Source: Selaginella moellendorffii (lineage: Eukaryota; Plantae; Lycopodiophyta). From it: a stretch of DNA of 64,000 bases. The notes under the pieces were generated by a model that searched no databases, was not told the origin of the DNA, and was given only the letters and a program-made list of their open reading frames with translations. Position 1 is the stretch's first letter; the number at the start of each line of letters is the position of its first letter. The stretch is taken from the NCBI RefSeq assembly GCF_000143415.4, contig NW_003314305.1:557709-621708 (forward strand), written 5' to 3'. Both the position numbers and the translations under genes were made by a program. Below are positions 32,174 through 46,429 of this stretch, one piece after another.

Positions 32174-35100
32174 TCATATGCTAATGCTATTTGGCACTCC
32201 CTGTCCCGTGATGCCTTTAGAAGACGTTGGGTACAGTGCTTTATATGGGACCTTTACAGGGCCATGCCTGTTCTTGAAGGATGGATCTTTGTTCCTGCTC
32301 AAGATGGTCTCACCAACTTTGTCGATATCTTCTGCAAACCTGTCAAACGCCTCGAGTGCCTCTTCGTTGTCGGTCCAGATATCAATATGTCGCTGCCCAA
32401 TGTATTCCTCGGTGTCGGCATGGCCTGATAAAACCTCTATGGCGCTCATCACTACAAACGACTCCATCTTGTTTGATATCACTTTGAAATAGTACTCTTC
32501 CGGATTTCTTAAAAGCTTTCGGTGCTCCGTGGATCCTTTTTCTGGAACTGGCAAGTGAGTTGCAGTGGGACGATTTGGGATGAACCCAGCATATGCATAT
32601 TGACTGAAGTTAACAGCCGCATGGTTTGCAGTCGTGATCCATATGAAAGTTGTCAGTGCCACCGTCAGGCCCAGTTTGGAGTCCATCTTGAACCATGTCG
32701 GGTCGTCCTTCAGATCGCCATGCCCAACGTTCACCACCTCACTCCACCAAGCTTGGAGCTCGGCATCGTTCTGAACTGTGGCATCGTCTTTGTAGTGTAC
32801 GTCCACATATTCCTGGGTCCATTTCGTCAGCGCAGACCATATCTCGAGACCATCTGCCGCATATGGATAATCCTCAATGACGAGCTTCATGCCGTGTTTT
32901 GCAGCAGGATCTGGAACAGCCATCCCTCTGTTTTGAAGAGACCAATGTTAGAAGGATGTATAGTGCAAGGCCTTACCTTTTTATAAGGTCTGCAGGGAGG
33001 CCTTCCATGGCAAACTTCCACGACTTGTAGGCCTGAGACGTCAACTCCATGCAATACATTTTCGGGGTGAAACCTTGCTCGGCAATTCCTGACGCACTAA
33101 TAAGTACTTGCCTACCAAGTGCATTGATTTGCAATGTGTACTTCATGTGTGGCTTCAGGAAGGCAAAGATCGGATGAAGGGCACTCAGCTGCCTGTGCGC
33201 CGCAATGATAAACGGCTCCATACATGCATGGCACTTGAGCCTGTATACCTAAGTTAGTGATACTCAGTTCGGGCCAAACTTTTCTCGCTCCATACCAGTG
33301 GCCAACAAGCTGGTGAGCTCCTGAATCGTTTGCTGCTGTGTGTGCTTTTGCGAGCTCCCACAAATAGTCGGTCTCTCCTTCTTGGGGTGGGACGAGGACT
33401 CTCCTTGAACTGGGAGTGCTCAGCTCAATGGCGATGGGCTTGAGCGTTCCATCCCCCCTGAGGAACAGGAATGTCCTGGTTGCATACATGTAGATGTCTG
33501 GGATCTTGTTGATCCTTTCAATGTAAGGCATGAAGATGTCGTGAAGGTCCACCAAAAACAGTTTTTTGTTTGCGACTGCCTGCAAGCATCCTCTTGAGAG
33601 ACATGTAAGTAACAAGTGACTTCACTGATGAGATCGCTTCAGACCTCTTGCACTGTCGTCCCCTCCAAGAAACGAGAGATGTGTTCCTCTGTTACAGTTG
33701 ATTTCCTTGGGCCATACTCATCACCCAAGCCGCTGGTTGGAGGGAATTCCTGAGTACAAGGCGATGTTAAGAATGTGATGGAAACACCATTGTTGTCTAC
33801 CGTTAGGCATTGTATCAAGATTGGATGTGTTCCAGCCAGCAGTTGCCTCGCATACTCCCGATCAGATCTCCATGCCAGGCGATCAGCTGACAACGGCGGA
33901 GAAGTTTAGAGAAGTGGACATGTTAGTGGGTGCATTACTTACTTTCTAGAACTGCAGGAATGGGAAACTTGAGCAAGCTCTTATTGGTGTGATCAGTCGA
34001 CAGATCGTTGAGTATGTCCAACGGCGAGTCTATCCCTTCGATTGCTCCCAAGGCCAGCTTCGACAGGTCAAACCCGCGGTCGTACAGGCTCTCCACGTCC
34101 TGAAACGAATCAAAGTATTTGTCCAAGAGCCCTCCAAACGATGTTAGCATGGGAATAAACGTGTGAGAGAAGCTCTTGACGGTCTTCACAAGGACGCTGG
34201 CGGTCTTGGACGAGCTGTAATACTCATCACTGGGAATGTAGAAAAACGGTATAGGAAATGGGTTCTGACCGCCTGGATACGTTTCCTCTGTTGGTTTCAC
34301 AATCAAAAGCACAGTATTAGAAATGTATCGAACTGTGGGTTACCTCCCAGAAGGCCTTGAATGCGACCCGTACGACACCTTCGCGGGTATGGCATTTCCT
34401 TGGATCCCCCCAGCTTTGGTCTCCCAATGCCTCCCAAGTCATTGTAAATGTCATAGTCGTAAATCCTTTCCGAGTGTTGCCGGATGCCCGTACCATTGCC
34501 CTGGAGCTGCTTGAGGTCGGCTTCGCGGTAGGGTACTAGAGACGGCGGTGTGTCCTGTGGCAGGTACAGCTGCGAGAAACAAGAAATTGTTGTATACGTT
34601 TGTTTGCAAGCTTTCAGACAGATTCTATCCCTTACGTGGTTGCTGAAGAAGATGCGATTTGGCTTTGGGACCAAATCGAAGCCACTGCTCCTGTACACCC
34701 ACGAGTTGCAGGGGAACTGAACTTTGCTTCCCCTGGGCATTCTGACGGACAGGGAGACGAAATAGATCTCAGAGCTGTGGTTGTTTTGAACCACGACTGC
34801 CCCAGGGGTACCAAAATCAGCGTCCACTTCGAAGTTTATGGTATACTTTACTTCATCCTTTGCAAGCAAGCTTGACGAGAGGGTCCAGTTCTCGATGCGT
34901 GCGGGCTTGCTGAGTTTAGGCTCTGCAAGGGAAACAACGAAAGATTAATGATCATTTCCTCTCGGGCTTTTTAGTACTAACTTCCATCACTTGAAGTTGA
35001 AGTGCTGCTGATAAGCTGAAGGATGACCTTGAGGCCAATTGCCTCACTCACAGCATCCGTGACTACTCCCAAAGGATTCACAACATCAAAACTATTTTGC

Positions 35101-35228
35101 TTCTTTACCAAGAGAGATCCTTTCAAGGTGATTGCATGGTTTGTTAGATTGACTTTCTGTTGGATAGTAGGAAAATTTGAGGGGATCATAGATGTTGTAG
35201 CTGAAACAAGTGCCGATGGAAAATCCAT
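32174..35228 (-). CDS. LOX: Lipoxygenase copy 2, intact, 9 exons
   Basis: Same motifs as copy 1; canonical GT donor at 34981-34980; Fe ligands and C-terminal Ile present. Confidence 0.95.
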
Positions 35229-35504
35229 GTGAGAATAAAAGAATTAATTACACAGGTTGAAAGAGTTTGAGTTTCAAATCAAAACCTCTATATGTTTTTA
35301 TACTAAGGATTGCATATAAAAAACGTGTGCCTAGAAAAGGAATTGTGCACATGGAGGTCCCTCCCAAGTATTGTTGTTTAGAACTTATATATAATGGCTT
35401 CATGACTATTCACCAAAAATGTACGTGCATTGAGACATACAAACATTGTTATCACCCTAGTATTGGTGGCCAGATATATGCAATCTTTGGCATAAAACCA
35501 TATC

Positions 35505-36593
35505 AAGGTTTCAATTTAAAACTCAAGCCTTTTCAATTTGTGCAATTAATTTTATTCTCACCCTTGATTTTCTATTGGCACTTGTTTCGGCCACAAAATC
35601 TATGTTCATCTCAGATTTCTTTGCTATCCAGCATTTTTTAAATTTTTTTACCCTTTTCCTATAATTCAATTAGATTGTCAACAGCGGACTACATGAGTGG
35701 ACATTATAATTCAAAATAACAAGATATATACACCAACTTCTTTTAATCTTGAGCCACACACACATACGTTGTCTCCAAAATAAACCATTAATTGTGACAT
35801 TGACGGATGACCTTGAGGCCAATTGCGTCACTCATATCATCTATGACTACTCCTAAAGGATAAAAATATAAAGGTTTTAATTTAAAACTCAAGCCTTTTC
35901 AATTTGTGCAATTAATTTTATTCTCACCCTTGATTTTCTATTGGCACTTGTTTCGGCCACAAAATCTATGTTCATCTCAGATTTCTTTGCTATCCAGCAT
36001 TTTTTAAATTTTTTTACCCTTTTCCTATAATTCAATTAGATTGTCAACAGCGGACTACATGAGTGGACATTATAATTCAAAATAACAAGATATATACACC
36101 AACTTCTTTTAATCTTGAGCCACACACACATACGTTGTCTCCAAAATAAACCATTAATTGTGACATTGACGGATGACCTTGAGGCCAATTGCGTCACTCA
36201 TATCATCTATGACTACTCCTAAAGGATAAAAATATAAAGGTTTTAATTTAAAACTCAAGCCTTTTCAATTTGTGCAATTAATTTTATTCTCACCCTTGAT
36301 TTTCTATTGGCACTTGTTTCGGCCACAAAATCTATGTTCATCTCAGATTTCTTTGCTATCCAGCATTTTTTAAATTTTTTTACCCCTTTCCTATAATTCA
36401 ATTAGATTGTCAACAGCGGACTACATGAGTGGACATTATAATTCAAAATAACAAGATATATACACCAACTTCTTTTAATCTTGAGCCACACACACATACG
36501 TTGTCTCCAAAATAAACCATTAATTGTGACATTGACGGATGACCTTGAGGCCAATTGCGTCACTCATATCATCTATGACTACTCCTAAAGGAT
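35505..36593. repeat. ~3 near-perfect tandem copies of a 366-bp unit containing a LOX exon-1 fragment
   Basis: ACTCAAGCC at 35521, 35887 and 36253 (period 366); a further 128-bp-period duplication at 36861/36989; not amplified in unit 1. Confidence 0.92.
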
Positions 36594-37195
36594 TCACAAT
36601 ATAAAAATATTTCACTTCTTTACAAAAAGAGATCGTTTCAAGGTGATTGCATAGCTTATTAGATTGATTTTCTGTTGGATAACAAAAACATTTGAGGGGA
36701 ACATAGATATTGTGGCTGAAACAAGTGCCAATGCAAAATCCATATGAGAATAAAAGAATTAATTATACAGGTTGAAAAAGTTTGAGTTTCAAATCAAAAC
36801 TTCTATATATTTTTATACTAAGGATATGTGCCTAGAAAAGGAATTGTGCACAAGATGCCCAAACTAGAGGTCCCTCCCAAGTACCGTTATTTAGAACTTA
36901 TATATAATGGCTTCATGACTATTCACCAAAGATATACACGCATTGAAACATACAAACATTGTTATTACCCTAGTACTTAGAAAAGGACAAACTAGAGGTC
37001 CCTCCCAAGTACCGTTATTTAGAACTTATATATAATGGCTTCATGACTATTCACCAAAGATGTACGTGCATTGAGACATACAAACATTGTTATCACCCTA
37101 GTACTAGTAGCCAGATACATACAATCCTTAGTATAAAAAAATATAAAGGTTCTAATTTAAAACTCAAGCTCTTTCAATTTGTGCAATTAGTTTTA

Positions 37196-37246
<51 letters not shown>

Positions 37247-37616
37247 TAGTAGTCCCTCCTGAGAATTGTTATGTGGAACTTATATATAATGCCTTGACAA
37301 CTATTCACCAGCAATGTACCTGCAATGAGACATACTCAGGTTGTTATCACCCTAGTACTCGGGTGATAACATACATATTAATGCTATTCAGAGAAGTGGG
37401 TGATGATTGGGTGCCCTATCAATTTGTAAGAGGCTTTTCTTCTGTCCAGTTAGGAGTGTTAATGCTTTTTCATATCGCACAGTCAACTTCTCTCAAGCTT
37501 GAGCCATACACATTGTTATCATCCTCGTTGTCTCCAAGATAAACCACTAAGTTTGTTGCTGTGAGTGAAGACAGTCAATATAAATTCCTCTACTCTAAAA
37601 CGGTGCACATTGCAAA

Positions 37617-39028
37617 ATGGCTCCCTACCCCTACTTTCTCTTGCTGGTTTTCGTTTTGCAAGTGACTCAACAGTTCCAATTCTCAGCCCTGGAGCTCCCA
37701 TCCGAGCAGCTTGTGAGGCCCCTCTTCGATAGATGGCGTCTCTATCACAACAAGGGGTATTCATCCCAGGAGGAGGAGGCTAGAAGATATGAAATCTTCA
37801 AGCAAAACCTCCAAATGGTTTTAGATCACAATGCCAACAGTCTTGTGTCCTCATACACCCTGGGCCTGAATCAATTTTCAGACATCAGTAGTGACGAGTT
37901 TGAAACGAAAATGTCCCTTGGTGTCAATGACATTAGGTTGCCTGTAGCCACATCCTTTCTTGACGATTTTGCTGATGGTGACTCTAAAAGTCTCGAATCT
38001 TTTGACTGGAGGGAGAGGGGTGCGATCACTCCTATTAAAAACGTTGGATCCTGTCTGGGTATGCTGATGAATTTCTTGTTTAAATAATAGTTTTCCTTGC
38101 AGGAGGTACTTGGGCTTTTGCAACAGGAGACTCACTCTCAAGTCTCAATAAGATACTCTTTGGAGGTCTAGCTAATTTTTCAGCGCAGGAGTTTCTAGAT
38201 TGCACTAAGAAAGCCAAGGGATGCAGAAGTGGCTCTCCCAGTGACGCTTTCGAATACGCACGGACTCATAGCATTGCAGCAGCAGCTGATTATCCCTTTG
38301 TTGGGGAAGCTGGAGCTTGCAAGCACAAGGTATGAATTTATTACAATGCCGCTATTAAAAGCTTTGCGAATTTGCAGGAAAAACAAGGCAAAGTTTCTCT
38401 AAAAGAATTTGAGAGCATTGAAGGAACAGACAAAGCAATCGAAAGAAACATGTTGAAGGCAATACACAATCAGCCACTGACTGCTGTTATCGATGGCTCA
38501 AAGGCCGAGTTCAAGAGCTATGCTGGAGTAAGTTTGTTCTAATCCAAGTCTATGATCACATTGACTAATGACGTGCCTAATCCGTCCTAGGGGATTTACA
38601 AAGGACCCTGTGCCGAATCTGGAAGTTTATCAGTGCTGGTTGTGGGCTATGGTTCCGAAAATGGAGACAAATATTGGATCATAAAAAATTCGTGGGGAAC
38701 TGAGTGGGGGGAGAATGGATACATGAAACTAGAACGCAATTCGAATATCTTTGGTGGACGGTGTGGGATTTACATAAACGTGTTTTATCCCACAGAGCTA
38801 GGGCCGCCTCCGTCACATTTTCCTCCACCACCACCACCACCTTCACCATCTCCACCGCCACCTTCACCGTCTCCACCACCGCCTCCGCCAAGGCAACGCT
38901 GCTATACGCAACTATGCAAGGCAGGAGAAGAATGTTGCTGTTACTGGGCTCCATGTAAGTTCTTCCACATTTGCTGCCCAAAAGGCAAGTGTGGAGTTAC
39001 CATCTTTTACCCCTGCAAACTTATATGA
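37617..39028 (+). CDS. Papain-like (C1A) pseudo-protease: signal peptide, I29 prodomain, protease fold, Pro-rich linker, granulin-like Cys-rich tail
   Basis: Exons 37617-38058, 38103-38329, 38378-38527, 38591-39028 join in frame; ERFNIN-like and LGLNQFSD prodomain, [23 protein letters not shown]; catalytic Cys>Thr, His>Leu, oxyanion Gln>Val. Confidence 0.9.
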
Positions 39029-39475
39029 AAAGGGGCTTTGAGCAATAAACACAGCTGCTAGCCATGAAACATTGGCTTCCAGAGCTTCCCAAGCTGGTCC
39101 TAGACAAGTTCTCCAAGCAGTGTGTGGAGTATTACTTGCAATTGAGGAATGGCCACACATTGTAGTGGCTCACCATCATAGTGGTTTCGTGCACAAAGCC
39201 CAGCACTGTCGAAATGGATGGCTCTTTTGTTGAAGTATACACTCTCTATGACATGATCTTAGGTGGCAGTAGTGCCACTTCACTGATCCAGGTGTAGGTT
39301 AGAGGCGTGTCTCTTGACCATGTAGATATATCTATAACATTATATATGACTATCCTTCGAGTCATCCTTGTCCATCATAGCTTCTGCATTTCTCTTCACC
39401 TTTCAACCGTGTGCAAAATTAACAAGATCAGTACTTGAACTCACTTTTGCTAGCATGCCAATTGGTTTGTTCTTT

Positions 39476-40850
39476 AACCAGAATTTGCTAAAGAGGTAAG
39501 ATTTATCAAGCTGCAGCTCATGTTTCCAAGGAGGATGGCATTGCAAATATGAAGAAGGCTCGTTTTGCTCCAATATTTTTGCAGCAAAGGTGAGTAGATT
39601 GTGTGTTTCCTTTGAGCTTTTTGGTTGTCATTCTGATTGATCTCTTGCAGTACCAATGAGAAGTATAACTTCAACAAAAAGCTTAAAAGATTAACTACTT
39701 TTCTACGAAGTATTCAAAGGACTCGTCTGGTACGTATCCAGATGGGGAATACATCCATGGTCTGTTGTACTTGCCTCGCGAGGAGTTTATGCTGCCGAAC
39801 GTGAGAATGTGTGGCTCCGGTTTATGCGACTCTTCTTCCAGAGCTTGATCCGAATCGTTGCTGGAGACAGTGCTCTAGCCTGGACCGAGAAGGACGTTCG
39901 CAACATTATCAATGCCAGGATCAAAGCTGCATTTTTTGGCATGTATCCAGCTTCGTCTGTCGATCTTGTGATATCTTGTTGCGATCTAAGAAGTAAGCAG
40001 CGAAAGATTGATGTCCTTCCCAGCAAACACAACCACAGTTGTTTTGTTGCAAGAAACCATTCGTTCGAGTGCTTGAGGAAGTGGCGACTGCTATTGCTGG
40101 TGACAAGATTGGGGACAACAAATCCCTGGATCCGGATGCTTTGCGTGCTGCCATGGAAGAGATTATTGACACATCACTGGACGCTGCAGTGTAAGTCTCA
40201 ACAATTCTATTGAATTCATGAGTGCGTCTCCTTGTGTATCCAAGCAGTTCTTACAGAGCTGGAGGAATCATGGTGCATGGAGCGTTAACGCTGGACCTTT
40301 ACAAAATCATAAAACCAAATACTACTCCAAGGGTTGCTATATCACCTCATGAAGTTTATGAAATGATAATGCATTATCAAAGTGGAACGCCAAGGTTAGC
40401 TGGAGGCGATGATGATCATCTTGAGAGCTTACTAGCTGACGCTGAAGTAAATCTTATTCTTTCCACATTTTTGGAACCTTGTGGCTCTGATTAATTATCT
40501 TTCATCTTTTTTGTTTTGTCTTAAATGTGTCGGCAGGACTATTGATGACTCTGATGAAACTCAAACCGAGCATGGCTTCCGACGACTTCAAGGATTAAGG
40601 ACTCTGGTTACGGTTTTGAGAGTGGAATGTACATCGGTAAGTCTTGAAGTTTGGAATGTTTAACTCTTTAACCAGAATACTGCTACTAGAGATGAGATAT
40701 ATCAAGCTGGAGCTTGTGTTTCCAAGAAGGATGGCATTGCAAATATGAGAAATGGTTGTTTTGCTCCGATCATTCTGCAAGCTTGGTATATGGTCAAAGT
40801 GGAGAAACAATCGAGTTGTGAAAGTGTGAACTCTCACATCCGGCAGCGTT
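39476..40850 (+). pseudogene. Family X remnants, unit 2
   Basis: Near-identical to 20695-22060. Confidence 0.8.
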
Positions 40851-41085
40851 CCCATGGACGTACTCCCCGTCTGGATACGATTACAACGTGAATAGAAAAT
40901 GATCGCTCGATATCATGGAATATGATTTTTCAAATAATACGGAAAGGACAGTGGCTTATTCTATAGAACATTTTGGTAATTAAATTCACGTTTAGCGATT
41001 AGGTTAAGGCCAAAGCATGTCGCGAGAGGAATCCCAACCGTCCGTTGTCGACGTCCTTATATGAATAGCTGGGTTTGTTCTTGCG

Positions 41086-42357
41086 ATGGCCGCAGCTCAT
41101 CTGGATGTCGATCTCACGCCACAATCTCCCAATGCGAGATTCTGCGCCAACGATGGCGGGAATTACGAGTTTTGGCTCAGCGCCCACTCCAAGATGTTGA
41201 AGGAAGCTCGGGTTGGGGCGTCGCGCTTCAGTCTCAATCCTAGGGGCTTGCTGATGCCGAAATACTCCGATTCTAATCAGATCTTTTATGTGCTCGAAGG
41301 TAAGCGATTGATTTTCTAGGATGTGAATTTTCTTCTCATGCGTGCTAAAATTCCGGTCTTCGTCCAGGAAATGGACTGACTTTTGCGGAGAGTCCCGACG
41401 AATGCGTCTGTTCCTCACGGCACTGTCAACTGGTCGTTTAACTCTGGCACTTCGAAGTTTAGTGTTTTGTGTCTCGGAGACACGAGCAAAAGCCTCAAAT
41501 CTGGAGAATTCACTGTAAGTTCTACTTGGATTTTCTTTTCATCTAAATGGAAGGTCTTGTTGTGACACACTGATTAATCAATCCGATTGTAGGTTTACTC
41601 CGGACTTTATCGCCCAAGCATGGGATGTCCCAGAAGAAACGGTGAATAGCCAGAAGGAGGAGAGGATTGTTTTGCTCAAGGAAGGCATTTCTATGCCGGA
41701 GACAACCGATTTGAGCAACTCTCCCTATGGAGAGTTTGCTTACAACTGCGAGGAGGCAAAGCTCGACGTGGATATAAAAAACGGAGGCAGAGTTTCCGTG
41801 GTTTCCAGCGATAGCTTGCCGATCTTCAAGCACGTCAGTCTTGGCGCTGATCTCGTCAAGCTTGATCCGGTAAGTTTTAGCTGATCGCTTGGATCTTATA
41901 ATCACATTCGTGAATTTCTTGCAGCATGCCATGTGCTCGCCAGGATTTTCCTCCGACTCCGCGTACCAAGTCACTTACATTGTCCGTGGAAGCGGTCGAG
42001 TCCAAGTCGTGAACCAAAATGGCGAGAGAGTTATCGATCATATGCTGGAGCCCGGCTGCCTGTTTATCGTCCCACGATTCCACGTCGTCTCAAAGCGAGC
42101 AGGAGAAAATGGAATGGAATGGTTCTCGATCATCACCACCGAGAAGTAAGTTCTCTTCTTTTCCTTCAGAGGTTCTGATCGACCCAATTTTTGGCTGGAA
42201 AAACAGGCCAGTGTTCTCTCATCTCGCTGGAAGAACTGGCGTGATCAAGAGCTTGTCGCCCAAAACGATTTGCGCGGCTTTTAACGTGGAAGATGGAGTT
42301 GAGAAGGAGCTGCGGTCTCGCAGGACAAACGACGCCATCTTCTTCCCACCCAAATAA
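41086..42357 (+). pseudogene. Legumin-like bicupin, copy 2
   Basis: Exon 1 complete (GASRFSLNPRGLLMPKYSDSNQ) but exon 2 frameshifted and exon 3 5' part deleted relative to copy 1. Confidence 0.88.
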
Positions 42358-42724
42358 GATGAGCCCCCTAGTCAATGCAAGTCAATAAAGAGTCAACTCT
42401 GTCAATGCGCAATAAATTCAAAGCTCATTGATTCCAAATAAGTTCTAGGGTTTATCATCGCATCGCATCGCGCGCGCGAGGGCGCTGCTTCGCCCTGGCC
42501 GATCCGGTAAGCTGCTAGAATGAGATTCTCGGCAATGTAGGACGGAGTTCAGGACCTGATTTCTAGCATCGAGGATTGCCAAACTCTAGAACAATCTGGA
42601 TGGAAAGAACGGGAGCAAACACTCTCTTCACGATGTCTCGAATCAATGAAGGAAAAATTTCGAATGCTTTGATGCTGGAAGGTAGAGCCAAACATTTTTT
42701 ATCCTAGTGACAAAACCATTCGCT

Positions 42725-45111
42725 ATGCTGTCCAGGACTTCGCTGGATCCTAAAGTTCTCCCAGCCAATACGAGAACTTATGGTACTACCGGCAACGCTC
42801 ATCAGCTCGAGAGAAGCGCTTGCCTCGCGGCGCTAAAGTCGTGCTCCAGAGCTAGAGAAGTCGAAAGTGGCCCGCAAATCCACGCGAACGCGAGAGAAAG
42901 TGGTGTGGATTCGGACTCTCACGTAGCCAGTAGCTTGGTGGCGATGTACATGAAGTGTGGGAGCGTGGTGGAAGCACAGCAGGCCTTCGACAGGATTCCT
43001 CGCCCCGACGCCGTGTGCTGGAACGCTTTGATCTCGGGCTATGCGGAGAATGGCGAGGCCGAGGTGGCCTTGCAGCTCTTTCGATCGATGCAACAGTGCT
43101 GCGGAGCAAACTCACGAACTTTTGCCGCTGCGCTCGCTGCGTGCTCCACTCTCGCAGCTGCCGAAGAAGGCCGGAAAGTTGATGGGAGGATGGTGAAAGT
43201 TTTTTCGCTGCAACGAGGCATGGAAGTTCATCGTCAGGCCGAGGCTGGGATGGGAATAGATGCTATCCATCGCAACGTCTACGTGGGGAATGCTCTCATC
43301 GACATGTACGTGAAGTGCCGGAGCATGGTGCGTGTTCAAGAGGTTTTCGACAGGATGAAAACTCGGGATGTGGTCTCGTGGAACGTATTGATGCTCGGCT
43401 ACGCACAGGGTGGTGAGAGCGAGGAGCTAGCTCTCGAGATGTTTACGAAGATGGTGTCGTGCCGAGGCTGTCAGCTCGATAGCTGGAGTGTTGTTGCTGC
43501 TCTCAAGGCCTGTAGCAATCTCGCAGCCAAGGAAGAAGCTCGGAATCCACAGGAGAAGCTCAGGTTTCTAGTCACGGGTGTGGCGATCCACGGCACAGCC
43601 GAGAGACTGGGATGTGACTCAAACATATTCGTGGCCAACGCTCTTCTCAACATGTACGCAAACTGTGGAAGCATGGTGGATGCGAGGAGAGTTTTCGATA
43701 AGATGCAGCGCCGGGATGTGGTTTCCTGGAACACGATCATCCTGGGCTATGCTGAGAACGATGAGGGAAAGATGGCCCTTCAACTCTTTGGAGATTTGCT
43801 ACACTCTCGGTGCTGCGTACAGGACAGGCTGACTTTGGTGGCTGCGCTTAAGGCTTGTTGTACCCTCTCGACTCAAGAACAGGGAAGGCAAGTCGATGGG
43901 AAGATCGTGAAGCTGAGGTCGCTGGAAGCAGGAATGGCGGTACACTCGCTGGTATCAGAGCGAGGCTCTGATCTGGAAGACTTGTACGTGGCAAACTGCT
44001 TGGTCGACATGTATGGGAAGTGTGGGAGCATGGCCGATTCTCGCAGAGTTTTCGACCGTGTGAAGCATCGCGACGTTGTTATCTGGAACGCAGTGATCTC
44101 GGGATACGCACAGAACGACGAAAGTGAGGCTGCTCTAGAGCTGTTTGAGGCTCTCTTGTGCGAAGGTGGCGATGGTGGTATTTCTCCAACCAGCTTGACA
44201 GTCGTCGCGGCTTTCAAGGCTTGCGGCAGTCTTGCAGCTAAGAACAAGGAAAACGATCGAATGAGAGCATTGGAAATCACCATGGCTGTTCACCGCGAAG
44301 CTGTGACGAAGCTGGAAGCCTCTGAGTGGGATGCTTACGTGACGAGCAGCTTGATCGATGCGTACGCCAAGTGTGGGAGTCTGGCGGATTCCAGCAAAGT
44401 TTTCTCGAGCAATACCGGCCAGCTTCGCAACGTGGTCTCGTGGAACGTCTTGATCCTGGGCTTCGCGGAGAACGGCGATGCTAGACGAGCTTTGAGGCTG
44501 TTCCACAGGATGAGACGCGAAGGCTGCCGACCAAACGCATCAACGAACGTCGCGGTACTGAAAGCTTGCAGCAACAGTATTCCTTCGAGTCTAGGCTTTG
44601 GGAGCGAAGTCAAGGCTCTGATCTACCGTGGAAGCTTTGAGGAAGATGGAGATTGCTGGATCCCTGGTTGACTTTCACGGCAAAGCGGGAGACATGGTTT
44701 CCGCTCGCCAGGTATTTGACTCGCTAGCGGGAGATGGTGACGAGGCCTGGAGTGCGCTGATCACCGGATACGGCAGGCAAGGGGACGCAAGCCAAGCACT
44801 GACGCTGTTTCACGAGATGGTAAACTCTGGCATCAAACCGAATGGTATCACAGCTCTCGCAGTTCTAACCAGCTGCAGGGAAGAAGTTCTTCCACGAAAT
44901 GCCATCCAGATACGGCATCGTCCCCGAAGTGGAACACTTCCACTGCGTTGTCGATCTTCTCAGCAGAGCTAACCAGCGGGTTCAAGGTATGACGAAGCGC
45001 TGGAACTTTGAAGCTAACGAAGTAACTTGGACTACCATTGCAGGCACTCGCGGAGTGGAATCCAGGAGTGGAGACGCTACGCTTGTCACGAAGCAAGAAT
45101 GGGCGTCGTGA
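42725..45111 (+). pseudogene. PLS-class PPR gene copy 2 (654-aa open part, then frameshifts)
   Basis: ORF 42707-44671; 2-bp deletion near 44654 relative to copy 1; shared frameshift near 44878. Confidence 0.9.
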
Positions 45112-46429
45112 TGCGTGAAAGCTCTCCCGTTTCGTTTCATGTCTCCCAGTCTTCAGAGTCTTCAAGCATTATGTCGGACAAATTCTGCTGAAAATGCGAG
45201 GTTTTTTTTTTTTTTTTTTTTTTTTTTGTCAGCATCTTCTAAACAACAAAAATGTGAAAAAACTTGCTAACGTAGCCCAGCATAGAATCAAATATATTTT
45301 TAGCTTCTTCTAAATACCCACTCTTGGTATATGTATTAATCATATACGGCAACGGATTTGGCCAAAGCCATGTCCAAGTATATGAGCACCTCACATTTAA
45401 ACCCGTTGCAAAGTAGAGACCCAAAAAGGTGAAGTTTAAATCAGATTCTCTTTTGCTTTTTTTAATGTTACAGCTTGATGCCCTAAATAACCATTTGGGT
45501 TTGCAGATGCAAAGTCCAAAAATTTAACACAATAGCATACATATTGTCAATAACATATTATAAAGAACATAAAACATGCTTTGAAGTTTCTAATGCCCAA
45601 AAAAAATTATTTGGATTGTTGATAGCAAACAAAATGATTGTTTTAAGCAATATGTGTTAGTAGCCCATAAAACATTTTTACCATGATAAAAAACTAGATT
45701 ACCATCATGTTATAAACTAAAATGTAATTATATAAGTTTTATATATATATATATATATATATCTCCTAATTCACATAGATTTTTTAATACACCTTAAGAT
45801 TACAATTTTATTCTAAAATTAAGACATTTTTAGTATTTGAAAAACTAAAACATTATTAGTATAAAGTACTGATTTGATAGAATAAAGACTAGCAAAAGGA
45901 ATATAATGTACTAAAAAGAACTTGAAATTTTAGATAATAATTTTGTAAATAAAGTTTTGTATCCTTAATTAAACTATATTGTATCATAACTTTATAGTCT
46001 TACTTTTTAAAAAAATTGAAAAATTTATATGTATATCATTGAATTGTTAAGTAAAATATTTTCTAAACCTATACTTTCATAATAGAATGTTATTTCAGCA
46101 GAATAATCTTTTTTAACTTTAATAATTAAATTAACAGTTTCTTTCAATATTTATGTGAGGGGATGATTGCTTTGGGCTTTTCATCCCACAACTTGTATTG
46201 GTATTTAAACTTAATCTTGGCCTTGATTTCAAATTCGTTCTCAGACTTGATTACAAACTTGGTCTCAATTTTATACTCAATCTTATCTAATAAACTTTTT
46301 ATTGTTTTGATTATGATTTCAAAGGCTCCTTTAGTTTATGGCATTTTGGTGAGTTAATTCTTTATAGTGCATTTCTATCCAGAGTGGATTCTCTTGGACA
46401 ATAGTCCCATATTTTTTGAGTGAGGCATT

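Noticed and set aside
35505-36593. 366-bp repeats as a satellite or CRISPR
   Set aside because: Only ~3 copies, derived from local promoter and LOX exon-1 sequence.
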